A DNA stretch of 63,388 bases, filler included, from Stramenopiles sp. TOSAG23-2 (taxonomy: Eukaryota): the NCBI GenBank assembly GCA_900128395.1. It is 26 parts of 26 records of this genome, joined end to end, with 100 filler letters (N's around TTAATTAATTAA, not from the genome) between each part and the next. Parts side by side here need not be neighbours in the genome. Positions count along the whole stretch, not along the records: positions 46,484 to 48,815 come from LT651835.1; positions 48,916 to 51,246 come from LT651836.1; positions 51,347 to 53,677 come from LT651837.1; positions 53,778 to 56,107 come from LT651838.1; positions 56,208 to 58,537 come from LT651839.1; 21 more parts are not named here. One strand, 5' to 3'. The notes below the pieces were generated by a model that was given only the letters and a program-made list of their open reading frames with translations, had not been told where the DNA came from and did no database searches. Shown here piece by piece: positions 46,623-57,988 of this stretch; position 1 is the stretch's first letter; the number at the start of each line of letters is the position of its first letter. A program made the position numbers and the translations under genes.

Positions 46623-48488
46623 ATGTCACAGCATAATAATCACATTGTTGTATTATTTCATGAAGAACAAATGTCTAGATCACAACAAGATGAATTAAAC
46701 GAAAGCCCTGGTAGAGGTGCAACTACATGTGCCATTGATAAGACGACAGGAAAGTTTGTTAATGCCTCATCAGCACAACAAATTAAAAAGTCATCACAAG
46801 AAAATTGTGATATTCACAACCCAGTCCTTGTTCAGTTTTTGTCGAAAGAGGATACATCGGCAAAATGGCAGCTGGCCTTTGAAGTAACTAAATTTGTTCA
46901 CGATGGCGAGAAAACCCGACGTTGTGATTTTCCAGATGGACGCAAACGTTTCAGAGCGTTTGCAGATATTGAGGAGGTTCGAGCTGTATTGCCGGAAAAA
47001 ATGAAAAATCCATCCAAGCACAAAAATATCATCATTGCAATTATTATATTTCTGAATTGGGTGATTTTTCTAATGCCTCGAATCACCCTACATGCAATAT
47101 ATTATGATAACGATAAAATAACGCGGCGCATCTTGATGAAACCTGTTGAGGAATTGAAATTAGCAACATTCCACCAAAATAACATGATTACCACTAGTGA
47201 ATTAGAAGATTCGATGAAAACTACTCTTAAAAAGAAAGGGGACGACGAAAGAAATTTTCAAAAGACAGAGAAAAACAAAAAAAAGGTGGAATCATATTTA
47301 AAAATAATGAGACTAATGGCACAAATAACAGCGGATCAGTGCCTTACACAGGGCTTAAACTTAACGTACGCCAGCATATCGCCAAGTTTAATAACAATTG
47401 GTGGTTTCAAAGATTTTGTAGTAGTAGAAGATAATTTGAGGCCAATATTTAGTTGGATAACATTACGTGATGCGTTAATTGCAGCATATTTATACGGCTG
47501 GTGGTATCACGGCTCTACAAAGGCTAAAACGTGGCCTTTAAAAATTGTTGGTTGGTTGGTATGGTTTCGTGCTGTTAAATATTACATTGCTCTTGCGGGT
47601 TGCCATACCATTGTTGTTGCCGCAGCAGGAGTACATCGATTTCGAACCCATAAAGAATTGTGGAGATTATTTTCTGCAACTTGGCTGCATGGAAGTTTGA
47701 TTCATATTTCTGGAAACATGTCGGCGTTTTCACAATTTAATGTCGGTGTTTTGCCATATGCATATGGCAATTACCAATTTCTATTGGGTTATCTTTTCAG
47801 TGGCATATTAGGTAGTGTAGCAAGCTACTTGAACATGCTGTATTTTGGACGTCACAATCTTGCAATTGGTGCTTCCACAGCAATATATGGAGTTTTTGTG
47901 TGGGGTAGGTTATACTCAGCACATTTGTGTAACCATCATGAAAAGGATTTCCGTACCAAACGAAATGCTGCATTATTTATGTTCGTGTCAGAATTGGCAT
48001 TGGCTATAGGTAATGCTACAGATGAATCAAGATGGATAATATATGTTTTGATATACCTTTATAATCGTGATAACGAACAGGCATTGCAAAATTTCTTTAT
48101 GTTGTTTTTTCTAGACAATGTTGATCATATGGGTCATGCTGGCGGTGCTCTTGGTGGTATTATTATGTTTTATACAATGACACCAGGGCATAAAATGCGC
48201 TTACCAATTGTTGACATTATCGAAAGCAAAGTATTAGAAACCGTGCATGATTTTAAAATCCCAGTTACTGTAGCTCGAAATCGTACAGTTGATACACCAA
48301 TAAAAGAAGAAAAGAAATCTTCTAGGATTTTGAGACCATTATATGAAGACTTGTTGATCTTGTTAATTGGGTTGGTAGTAGTCACAGTTGCTATTATGTG
48401 GGTTGAAAAATTAGATTTAGTCCCTGAAATTGCATTTGAAGATTATTTTGAAGGAGTTTTAGGCGATAAAGACCTTGACCTATTATGA
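46623..48488 (+). CDS. Rhomboid-family intramembrane serine protease
   Basis: ELWRLFSATWLHGSLIHISGNM, catalytic GAS (IGASTAIYG) and His (VDHMGHAGGALGG). Confidence 0.92.
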   Translation: MSQHNNHIVVLFHEEQMSRSQQDELNESPGRGATTCAIDKTTGKFVNASSAQQIKKSSQENCDIHNPVLVQFLSKEDTSAKWQLAFEVTKFVHDGEKTRRCDFPDGRKRFRAFADIEEVRAVLPEKMKNPSKHKNIIIAIIIFLNWVIFLMPRITLHAIYYDNDKITRRILMKPVEELKLATFHQNNMITTSELEDSMKTTLKKKGDDERNFQKTEKNKKKVESYLKIMRLMAQITADQCLTQGLNLTYASISPSLITIGGFKDFVVVEDNLRPIFSWITLRDALIAAYLYGWWYHGSTKAKTWPLKIVGWLVWFRAVKYYIALAGCHTIVVAAAGVHRFRTHKELWRLFSATWLHGSLIHISGNMSAFSQFNVGVLPYAYGNYQFLLGYLFSGILGSVASYLNMLYFGRHNLAIGASTAIYGVFVWGRLYSAHLCNHHEKDFRTKRNAALFMFVSELALAIGNATDESRWIIYVLIYLYNRDNEQALQNFFMLFFLDNVDHMGHAGGALGGIIMFYTMTPGHKMRLPIVDIIESKVLETVHDFKIPVTVARNRTVDTPIKEEKKSSRILRPLYEDLLILLIGLVVVTVAIMWVEKLDLVPEIAFEDYFEGVLGDKDLDLL

Positions 48489-49362
48489 AAAAACTTTTTT
48501 ATTTTTAATGAAAAGAAAGAGACAGTAGCGAGTAGCGAGAGAAGAGTGCCACTATAGGAGAGCCATGGGCCCAGGATGTTAGCCAGGAGCCAGGGAATAT
48601 ATATATTTTTTTTAAATATTTTTTATAAAACATTGGGATTCTTCTTCTTACTTGTATGCATAATTAGTTTTAAGCAAAAATGAGAGTTGTCATATTGAAA
48701 ACTCATTTTAAAACTCTGGGAACTCATGAACTCATTGTGCCATTTTTAGAAAAGTGAGCTTTAAGACAAAAATGATCTGTTTAAAATCTACTCGTAAGTT
48801 ATAAACTTTAGACAANNNNNNNNNNNNNNNNNNNNNNNNNNNNNNNNNNNNNNNNNNNNTTAATTAATTAANNNNNNNNNNNNNNNNNNNNNNNNNNNNN
48901 NNNNNNNNNNNNNNNACTTTATGGCTGAACTAGCTGACTTAGAAAACAGTGTAAATGAAATGTATGTCCGAACTACTAGTCAGGGCAATGTGTAAAAAAA
49001 ATGTGCGGTTTATAACACATTAAATTATTAAAATACTTTGTACAAATATCATGTGTGTAGTTTTGATATTATTATGATACGAACGTATATGTGATGATAT
49101 GATATAATAATGCACATTTATATTATATTTTACATTTTTTGGTATGATACGTAAATTTTTTATGTAAACGTATTAATTACGAGCGTATTTTTCTTTCTTT
49201 ATACGAGTAAAATTATTAAAAATATATTTAATGAAAAATTTTTTTTACGAATCATCCCCTGATCCATACTTGGGAGTTCGTATAAAAATATTTAAAAAAA
49301 CCTCACCGTATACCACTATATGTGAGTGTGTCTTTTTTTCTTTGTATGATACATTGATATAT

Positions 49363-50642
49363 TTATTCCCTCCATTTTACTTCTTGAAAATTAAAATTGT
49401 AGTTATAATTCATTTTATCCCTAAAACGTTCATTTGCATTATGTATTATTTTCCTTCCCTCGATTGTTGACATTAGTTGGACAATTTTATCTTCACTATT
49501 CACACTTAAATATTTCCCTAAATCACGCAACAAATCTTTAGGTCTTAAACCTTCAATATAGCCTTGTTTCCCAACTGGTAACTCTGACAGGTCAACTTCT
49601 GTCAAACTTTTCCTACGATAATGAACCGTGATAGCTTTTCTAAATGCATCTGGATCTACCTTTGCATCTTCAATTGTTCTCCTGTTTACACCTGAGCCAT
49701 GGATTGTCTGTGGATGAAAAAAAACGACATCACCACTTTCCATCTCAGCATGGATACGTCTATCAATTTCATATGCAGACAGATCTTGAATTCCTAAATA
49801 TCCTTGATTATGTTTATCATCCCATTCTGGATATTGATGTTTACGCAATCCCTTCTTATGACTTCCTGGTAAAAAACATAAGCATCCATTATCTCGATTA
49901 CATGTACCAATTGCAGTCCACGCCTATTATTATATGAGAGTGTGAAGAATAAAATGAACAATGTGTTAGAGAAGATTTATACTTTTGCAAGGGATGCAAT
50001 TAAACAGTTGCTGGATGAAAATCCACCATTAATTGTTATAATAAATTACGGGAAGGTTGGTTAATTACTTACACAAACAATACCATCGTTTTCTTTTTCT
50101 GTCATATTACCTTCTGCATCTCTTTCACCTCGTGCAAAATAATATAAATCTTGATGCAATGGATGTCTAGTAGATTCAGATCCTGTTTGACCTAGACCAG
50201 GTGGTTTGACTACCATCATGCCATTTTGAGTGATTAGAGTTTCATTTTTATCTACTGGACATATAAATTGTTGAATAAAAGGTTTTAACTTTGGATTTTC
50301 AACATACGAGTGAAATATCTCATCCCTTCCAGCAGGACCTGCAAACGTGTTTAGTTTAATATAAGAAAATTCAGGTGCTAAATGGGACGTATCAATGGTT
50401 TTATCTGCAATATTGATGTCTCGCACGAGATTCCCACATACTTTGCCACAATAGGCGCTAGGATTCCGACAGATATCAAAATAATGTTTAGCAATTGGTT
50501 CTAATTCATTTCGGTCAAATACACTACGAACAATTAAAAAACCATTCTCTTCATAAAAGGCACGTTGCTCAATTGTAAGCGGGCCAACATTGTTTGTATA
50601 TTGAAATATATTTGGAGGCTGTTTTGGCTGTACACGCGACAT
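49363..50642 (-). CDS. Phytanoyl-CoA dioxygenase (PhyH) family; exons 50642-50073 and 49923-49363
   Basis: FYEENGFLIV, HPLHQDLYYF, spliced VC|AWTAI..NGCL..PGSHK, GDVVFFHP..IHGSG.N. Confidence 0.92.
49924..50072 (-). other. Spliceosomal intron (149 nt)
   Basis: GTAAGT donor and TAG acceptor; splicing restores the PhyH frame. Confidence 0.9.
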
Positions 50643-51442
50643 GTTGACGTAGAAAATTTTAGACGACACTACTAACAATGAAAAAGATGTGTCAATTAAT
50701 CAGATTTATTTATATATATATATATATATATTGTTTTAATCCAGGTAATCTAATATATGTATATATATATAATAACTTAGTGCCTTACTTATTTTAACTT
50801 ACAGGTATGAGGTAGGACCGACGACACTATACTGATGCATATGCTGTATAGTCTTAGCAGTAAAGCAGCTATTAATATTTAGATTATAGAAATTTTTAAA
50901 AGTTAAATCAGGTAGAAGTTCTCTCTGGTTAAATGTAGCACGCTGGCCTTGGGCTGACCCGCTGGCACGGCACCACGTTGCTACAATAATAATTCCAATA
51001 ATAGAAAAATATTATCTCCGAACAGTTTATTGCATTCCACATCACGCAATCCAAGATTTGGTGTGTACGTACCAAATTAATATGAGTATTACTATACATA
51101 CATATATGATATAATTTGTCATCAGGTAATTTCTCTCCCTTCTTTTTCATTTTTTTTATTTTAAAATGAAAAATTGAATTGTGCCAACATAATACCAAAT
51201 GCTTGAAATGGTGTTACACTACCTTTAAAATCCAGATGAAAATCATNNNNNNNNNNNNNNNNNNNNNNNNNNNNNNNNNNNNNNNNNNNNTTAATTAATT
51301 AANNNNNNNNNNNNNNNNNNNNNNNNNNNNNNNNNNNNNNNNNNNNGTTAACAAAAATTTTAGGTAATAATAATAATAATAATAATAAAATCACAATCAT
51401 GGAATTAATAATCAAAGCAATTCTTTTCATACAACAACATCA

Positions 51443-53101
51443 ATGTTTTATGCTTATCAAAAGAAAAAAGGTAAAGCGGAACGAGCAATTAACCGAGGTA
51501 AAAGTAAATTTAAAATGGCCTTTTCAACAGCAGCAACAAATATACATTCACCAGATGTATCGGGAAAATGGAAGAACAAAATAATTAAAATGATGAAAAA
51601 ATATGATGAAACGAGTGAGAAGGAAATATTGGATACAATAACGCAAGACGATTGCAAATTGTACAAGATTTCAGAACTTAGTACAGCTAATGATACTGTC
51701 AAAGAATTTGAACGCATGAAAAAACAAGGTATAATTCCAAGCCTCCTTACGTATTCCATCTTAATTAACAAATTAGGTAAAGCAAGCCAATTTTGGGCGA
51801 TGGAACAATATGTGGAAGAAATGTTTGTAAAGGATATTAAACCAAATTTATTTATGTATAATACATTTATATATTTATATGGGACAATCAGGAGAAGTTT
51901 TAAAAAAGTAAATATGTATAGAAAGCAAATGCGGGAAAATGGAGTAAAACCAAATCTTGTAACTTACAATATATTAATAAATGTATTCGGTTATTACAAA
52001 AAAGATCTTCGTGCGGTAGATCGTTTATATAAACAAATGAAACAAGATAAAAGCAAAGCAATAAAACCAGATTTGACCACATACAACACGCTCTTTAAAA
52101 TCTATAATGGCAAATCTAATGATAATTATCGTCAATGTATGTATTATTTAAAAAATATGAAACGTGATGGTATAGGACCGGATATTACCACATATAATAC
52201 CTTGTTGCAAATTTATGGGCTCCATAGACGAGATTTGGAGAAAGTGGAAGAATGTGTAGAGGAAATGGATGAAAATGGAATTAGTAAAGATTTATTTACG
52301 TATTCCACGTTAATTAACATATATGGTAACGTTGCGCGAGATTTCCAACGTATCGATATACTGCTTGCAACAATGAAAGCTGAAGGTCTGAAACTAGATG
52401 TTACGTTATGCAATACATTGCTTAATTTATATGGTTTCCGAAAATATTTTTATAAAACCGAAATAATTGTAGAAAAAATGAATGAATTAGGCATTGAAAA
52501 AGATGTTGGAACATATAATACATTATTCCATTTGTATGGGCATCGTAAAGATTTTAAAGCGGTTGAATTATATATGGAAGAAATGAAAAAAAATGAAGTT
52601 AAAAAAGATTTAAGAAGCTATGCTACGTTGATTAATGTATATGGCTCAATAGAAAAAGATTTTGATATGGTAGAAGATTATATAACAGAAATGATTGAAA
52701 ATAATATGACACCAAATACTTTTGTTTACAATACTTTGATTAAAGTATATATGTATGCAAACAACCATGTCGCTGTCAATTCGATCTTGGAGCAAATGGA
52801 TGTAAACAATGTACCCAAAACGCAATCAACGTTCAACACTTTAATCAGTGCATGTGCGCATTCACAAGATTTCGATAAAGCTGAATTTTATTTTAATGAA
52901 ATGAAATTTAGTAAAACACTACAACCAGATCTGAGTTCATACAATACAATGATTAAAGTGTTTACAAATGCACAAAAATATGATAAAGCTGATTTTTATT
53001 ATAGTGAAATGGTGGAAAGTGGCATCAGGCCAAATCGATTTACAAGAGATATATTGAACACGAGAAAGAGAAAAGGGCGATTGATAGAAAAGTGGAATTA
53101 A
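51443..53101 (+). CDS. Pentatricopeptide-repeat (PPR) protein; real start probably upstream
   Basis: Many ~35-aa repeats, e.g. KPNLVTYNILINVFG, PDITTYNTLLQIYG, PDLSSYNTMIKVF. The upstream frame is disrupted at an (AAT)n microsatellite. Confidence 0.93.
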   Translation: MFYAYQKKKGKAERAINRGKSKFKMAFSTAATNIHSPDVSGKWKNKIIKMMKKYDETSEKEILDTITQDDCKLYKISELSTANDTVKEFERMKKQGIIPSLLTYSILINKLGKASQFWAMEQYVEEMFVKDIKPNLFMYNTFIYLYGTIRRSFKKVNMYRKQMRENGVKPNLVTYNILINVFGYYKKDLRAVDRLYKQMKQDKSKAIKPDLTTYNTLFKIYNGKSNDNYRQCMYYLKNMKRDGIGPDITTYNTLLQIYGLHRRDLEKVEECVEEMDENGISKDLFTYSTLINIYGNVARDFQRIDILLATMKAEGLKLDVTLCNTLLNLYGFRKYFYKTEIIVEKMNELGIEKDVGTYNTLFHLYGHRKDFKAVELYMEEMKKNEVKKDLRSYATLINVYGSIEKDFDMVEDYITEMIENNMTPNTFVYNTLIKVYMYANNHVAVNSILEQMDVNNVPKTQSTFNTLISACAHSQDFDKAEFYFNEMKFSKTLQPDLSSYNTMIKVFTNAQKYDKADFYYSEMVESGIRPNRFTRDILNTRKRKGRLIEKWN

Positions 53102-53777
53102 AAAGCGCAGCATATATATATCGTTTACGGGTTTTGTATGTATTCTAAAATGCTTCACGGTACGATCGTACTAAATGTACACATAGATAGCCTAGACAAA
53201 CTAATAACAGTTGAGTTTCTTTTTATTGCTATTATCTTCTCTTCTTTTCTATAAAAAGGTTTTTTCCAAAAAAACATCAATCACTTTTTTATTTTAGCAC
53301 TTCTTTAAAATAAAAAAGTACGTCATTGCAATCCATCAGGCAATCTGGCAATACTATTCCCATATTATCTTGTAAGCCTGGCCTGGCTAGCTGTTAATAT
53401 CCGAAAACGGAGATGTGGACAAAAGAAAGATACCATCATACACTAACGCTGTGGTGGATGGTCGCCTACAGTTTTTTACAATAAAAATACCAGAGAGGAT
53501 ATTAATAATAGTAAATGTAATATATATACAAACCAGACGCTATTATAAAAAAAAACCCGTTTTTATTGCCAGGATGGATTGGTATTATTAGCTGCTCGGT
53601 TGTTGGTGCGTTGTTTTTTTAATAATTACTATACTACAGTATTATAATTATAAATAACGCCTTTTAACTTTCAATTCNNNNNNNNNNNNNNNNNNNNNNN
53701 NNNNNNNNNNNNNNNNNNNNNTTAATTAATTAANNNNNNNNNNNNNNNNNNNNNNNNNNNNNNNNNNNNNNNNNNNN

Positions 53778-53911
53778 ATGCTGCGGCTGTGATTCGCTTG
53801 GAAAAAAATCCAAAATCAAAACAATTACGTTCGAAATCTGTAGAAATTATACACAAACGTCGTCCACGACAGAGTGTCATGCAAAGGCAGAAAATAGAAG
53901 ATATTGTGTGA
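53778..53911 (+). CDS. C-terminal end of the IQ-motif membrane protein (wrap-around of 54755-56107)
   Basis: AAAVIRLEKNPKSKQLRSKSVEIIHKRRPRQSVMQRQKIEDIV*; 53778-53832 is identical to 56053-56107. Confidence 0.8.
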
Positions 53912-54754
53912 AGGGGAACATGTACATATATTTTAGTCACTTTGCAAAAACAAAAAGATTCTTTTTTCTTTTTGTGATAAAAAAAAGAAAAGGAAAAGCA
54001 ACCCTAATTGTAATCCATGTAATACTTTAACTTGTGAATAATATCTTTTTTGAAGTTACAAAAAAAATATTCGTAGCTACTATATAGTATATATACCAGT
54101 TTCAGTTTAAGTTGAATATATATATATATCTTAGTCCTCGTAGTTAAAAAAGTTGTGAATGTGTATAATATAAATATTATATACGATAAAGAAACTAGCA
54201 AAATTATTTGTATTTATCCAGATTACACTTATATATACTGTTCTATTATTTTAAAAAAACATTTTTGGCATATTTTTTTGAACACACTTTTGATGGGATT
54301 TTCATCGATAAAAAAGAATTATTTTTGAAGGTATATCGGTATATCTGTTTGATCGCAAAATACGGTTCAATTGTACTTATTAGTATATAATAATTTTTTA
54401 GGATTTATCGTCACTCTCTCGAAAGCTCGAAAGTTTTATTACGGTTGTTGTTGAAGAATGGTGTACGTATAAACATAAATGTAATACAAGTATATATAAT
54501 AAATGTATATATATATATAATATCATAATTTAAATCATTTTAGATACAAAGAAATAAAATACATAAAAGAACATTCTTCTTTCTATAAAAAGATTGTAAT
54601 TTAAAATATTATATACAATAACAACAACAAAAATAATATAAAATAACATTCTTCTTCTTTTTATATTTAAACAGATTATAATTTATAAAACATTTGATAT
54701 ATAATACAAAAAAAAAAAAAAATAAAGAAACATTCTACATTCTCTATCAAAAAG

Positions 54755-56107
54755 ATGAATAATAAACAACCAGAAGCGAAACAAGTAATAAATACAACAA
54801 AGAAAGTTGAACTTGTTAATGCAAAATCTACCACGAAAAATAAAAATCCACTCGTTGTAAAAGTTGATAAGAAATTATTGGAAACGAAAAATAAACAAAT
54901 AGCATCAGCACGTCGTATTCAACAGTTTTGGAGGGATGGAAGAAATCGACTGAAATGGAAAAATACGGCTGAAGGGTTGAGAAATAAACAAAAGGAAAAC
55001 TTTGCAAGTGGTGTGTTGTTGGTAATGTTCGTGCTGGTAGTAGCTGCAGGGCTTATTAGATGGTATACAGGTATTGGTTTAATTTGGCTTGTTATTGGAA
55101 TGAATTCTTATCTATTAATGCTTGTATGGGCAAGTACGTTACCAATAAAATCAACATGGCAATTAAAAATTGGTAATGCTCTCGTACCGTTTTTAGGGAT
55201 TATGGATTACTTGATCCATATCGATTTGCTTTTAATTGGTGGATGGTTTGCATTATTTCTCCTCGTTGTCGGGAACGTGCTTTTTTATCTTTTTTTCATA
55301 TCAATGACAACGACGTTGAAACATACATATGCGGCAGATATTCATGGACTTTCGGCACGTTTGAGTACAAAAATTATCGCAGGATTACCTATTTTATGCT
55401 ATTTGGGAATGAATATGATTTCAGCTGGATTTGCAAGAAAATACATTGAGGAAGATTTGTGTCATTATGTACCGGGGGCGTATTGGGATAAGAATTACAC
55501 TCGCCGCACTAGTATGGTGAATGGGCGATGGATGAATTGTACCGACGATGAACAATTTGATCGTTACTATCCAGATACACCAAAAACAGTAAACGAAGTG
55601 ATGATGGAGCAAGAAATGAATGCGTATGTTGCAAATGATCGGGATGAATTGTACCGACGATGAACAATTTGATCGTTACTATCCAGATACACCAAAAACA
55701 GTAAACGAAGTGATGATGGAGCAAGAAATGAATGCGTATGTTGCAAATGATTTGAAATACGGTGTTTCCTTTTCCCAAATGCTTGAATTGACCATCCTCC
55801 TCTTGACGTCACAAGTCTTGCTACGAGTTTGTCGTTTAACCGTAAATGATATACTATCTTTACGCGTATCAGGATGGGAACTTTCACTATCGATAGTAAC
55901 TCTTATTCGTGTAGCATCCATTATGGTTTATGGGGGATTGAACTTGGAAATGTTTAAATTTTCAGATTATTGGAATATTTTTTTGGGTTTGGTTTCTTTC
56001 ATAGGTATCCTCACCTTAGTTGCTGGTGCCATCGTCATCAAACTCGTTCGCGATGCTGCGGCTGTGATTCGCTTGGAAAAAAATCCAAAATCAAAACAAT
56101 TACGTTC
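54755..56107 (+). CDS. Multi-pass membrane protein with N-terminal IQ motif; frameshifted by a 112-bp-period duplication
   Basis: SARRIQQFWR IQ-like motif and several hydrophobic helices; GGATGAATTGTACC... at 55530 and 55642. Confidence 0.7.
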
Positions 56108-56209
56108 NNNNNNNNNNNNNNNNNNNNNNNNNNNNNNNNNNNNNNNNNNNNTTAATTAATTAANNNNNNNNNNNNNNNNNNNNNNNNNNNNNNNNNNNNN
56201 NNNNNNNTT

Positions 56210-57988
56210 AGTGGTTTATTAGATATCTTAAATACTGAATTTTACAATTCAAGGTTAGAAATATATATGAAAACGCCAAACGATGTTGATCCTGTGCCTT
56301 TGAATAGTAACAATTTTACTTGGCCTAGACCATCACCAAATTTATTGGCTACACCAAAATCAAAAACGGCCCCGGCATATTTACGGCGGAAAGCTGTTGA
56401 ACAAGGTTACTATACCCTGCCGGATTTAACTAATAGAAGACAGGGTAATAACGAACGAGATTCAAACTTTGATTTAGTTCAAGTTGAAAACTTTGTTGTC
56501 GGGCGTAATGGGTATGGGAAAATACATTGGTTAACACCATTGGATTTAACTGGCGTTGGTGCAATTGATGATATTATTTACATTCAAAATGGTGACGTTT
56601 CCCTATATGAATTCCATGAGAAAGAACCAGCGGTTGGGGAAGAGTTAAATAATCCTGCTAGAATTACATTTGAAAATGTGTACCCGAATGTAGTGACGTT
56701 TAAAACAGAAAATAAAGAAGCTAGTGAGGATGAACAGAAAAAAATTATGGCGCGCTTTAAACGTCGTATTCAGCGTATTGCAAATAAACGCAACTATAAA
56801 AACAATAAATATGACGAAAATACGGGCATTTGGCAGTTTGAGGTAGAGCATTTTTCTCGTCATGGTTATCACGGCGATGATGATGATTTAGTGAAATGGC
56901 TACAGGAAACACTATGGTCAAAACCGAAAATCCAAGAGAAGAAGAAGGAACAAGCTGAAGATTACGCTGGGGGTCTCATTTTTCATGAATTTTATTATGA
57001 AGAAGTAATAGGTGACGATCCTCCATCCGAATTGGTATTAGTATCGGCTGGAATTCATCCCGTGCATGTGAAGAAATTAATACGTGTATTGTATAAGCTC
57101 AACCCTAATCGGGAAGATTATAAACAGCTAGTTGAGCATTATAATAAAGGGGGAGGTGTGGTAGCTACGTATAACCACCCACAAGACACATCTACTACAA
57201 ATTCGGGAAATCAAAAACAATCTAGTTCAAATAATAATAATAATAACAAGCCGGAAAAACAGAAGCCGGCAGCTGTCGTCTCACAAGTGAAACCGGTAGA
57301 AACAACACTTGCTTATGATGTGTTTTTAAGTCATGACTGGGGGACATTCAAATGCCCAGACAAAGGTACTGCTGTAAAAAATCATGAAAGAGTCAAGCTT
57401 ATTAATGAAGCTTTAAAGGAAAGTGGCTTGGTAACTTGGTTTGATGAAGAAGAAATGAGTGGATGTTTAGATGATGCAATGGAGAAGGGAATATCGCAAT
57501 CTACTTGCTTCTTAGCCTTTATTACAGAAAATTATATGAAGAAAGTAGGCGGATTAGCACCTGCTGGCGATGCCGACAATTGTCGGAGGGAGTTTGTCTA
57601 CGCGGCTTTGAAAAAACAACGGCCAAATAAAATGATGATACCTATAGTCATGGATGCTACACAAAGAACTCCAGCTGAGTGGATTTCACTTGTTGCTTTT
57701 CATTTAGGCAGTGATCTGTATATGGATATGTCTTCTCCTAAACTATGGGATGCTACAAAACCTGAATCTAAAGACGAGTTTAAAAAATGTGTTTCAAAAC
57801 TAATAACTGATTTTATTGAGAGAAAAATTAAGAAAGACGGAAAGACTTTGATTAAATCGAAAAATGTAGTGGTTGGCTCTGCTAGAAATGCTGTAAATGC
57901 TATTAGGGGTACCACAAGTAACAACACAACTGGTGCACCACTGTCGAAGCAACCATTGAAACAAAAAACAAATTCTGGGCCTAAATGA
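56210..57988 (+). CDS. Nup98-type autoprotease (peptidase S59) - SAM-like - TIR fusion protein; frame open from the contig edge (first ATG 56267)
   Basis: GYYTLPDL..VENFVVGRNGYGKIHW..GEELNNPARITF..YD..TGIWQFEVEHFS (HFS at 56849-56857); SAM-like DLVKWL..Y..L..AGIHPVHVKKLIRVL; TIR YDVFLSHDWG..WFDEEEM..DNCRREF..IPIVM. Confidence 0.88.
   Translation, partial: SGLLDILNTEFYNSRLEIYMKTPNDVDPVPLNSNNFTWPRPSPNLLATPKSKTAPAYLRRKAVEQGYYTLPDLTNRRQGNNERDSNFDLVQVENFVVGRNGYGKIHWLTPLDLTGVGAIDDIIYIQNGDVSLYEFHEKEPAVGEELNNPARITFENVYPNVVTFKTENKEASEDEQKKIMARFKRRIQRIANKRNYKNNKYDENTGIWQFEVEHFSRHGYHGDDDDLVKWLQETLWSKPKIQEKKKEQAEDYAGGLIFHEFYYEEVIGDDPPSELVLVSAGIHPVHVKKLIRVLYKLNPNREDYKQLVEHYNKGGGVVATYNHPQDTSTTNSGNQKQSSSNNNNNNKPEKQKPAAVVSQVKPVETTLAYDVFLSHDWGTFKCPDKGTAVKNHERVKLINEALKESGLVTWFDEEEMSGCLDDAMEKGISQSTCFLAFITENYMKKVGGLAPAGDADNCRREFVYAALKKQRPNKMMIPIVMDATQRTPAEWISLVAFHLGSDLYMDMSSPKLWDATKPESKDEFKKCVSKLITDFIERKIKKDGKTLIKSKNVVVGSARNAVNAIRGTTSNNTTGAPLSKQPLKQKTNSGPK

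Noticed and set aside
56210-57988. Canonical NUP98-NUP96 nucleoporin
   Set aside because: No FG/GLFG repeats are visible, and the sequence after HF|S is SAM-like plus TIR ending at 57988, not Nup96.
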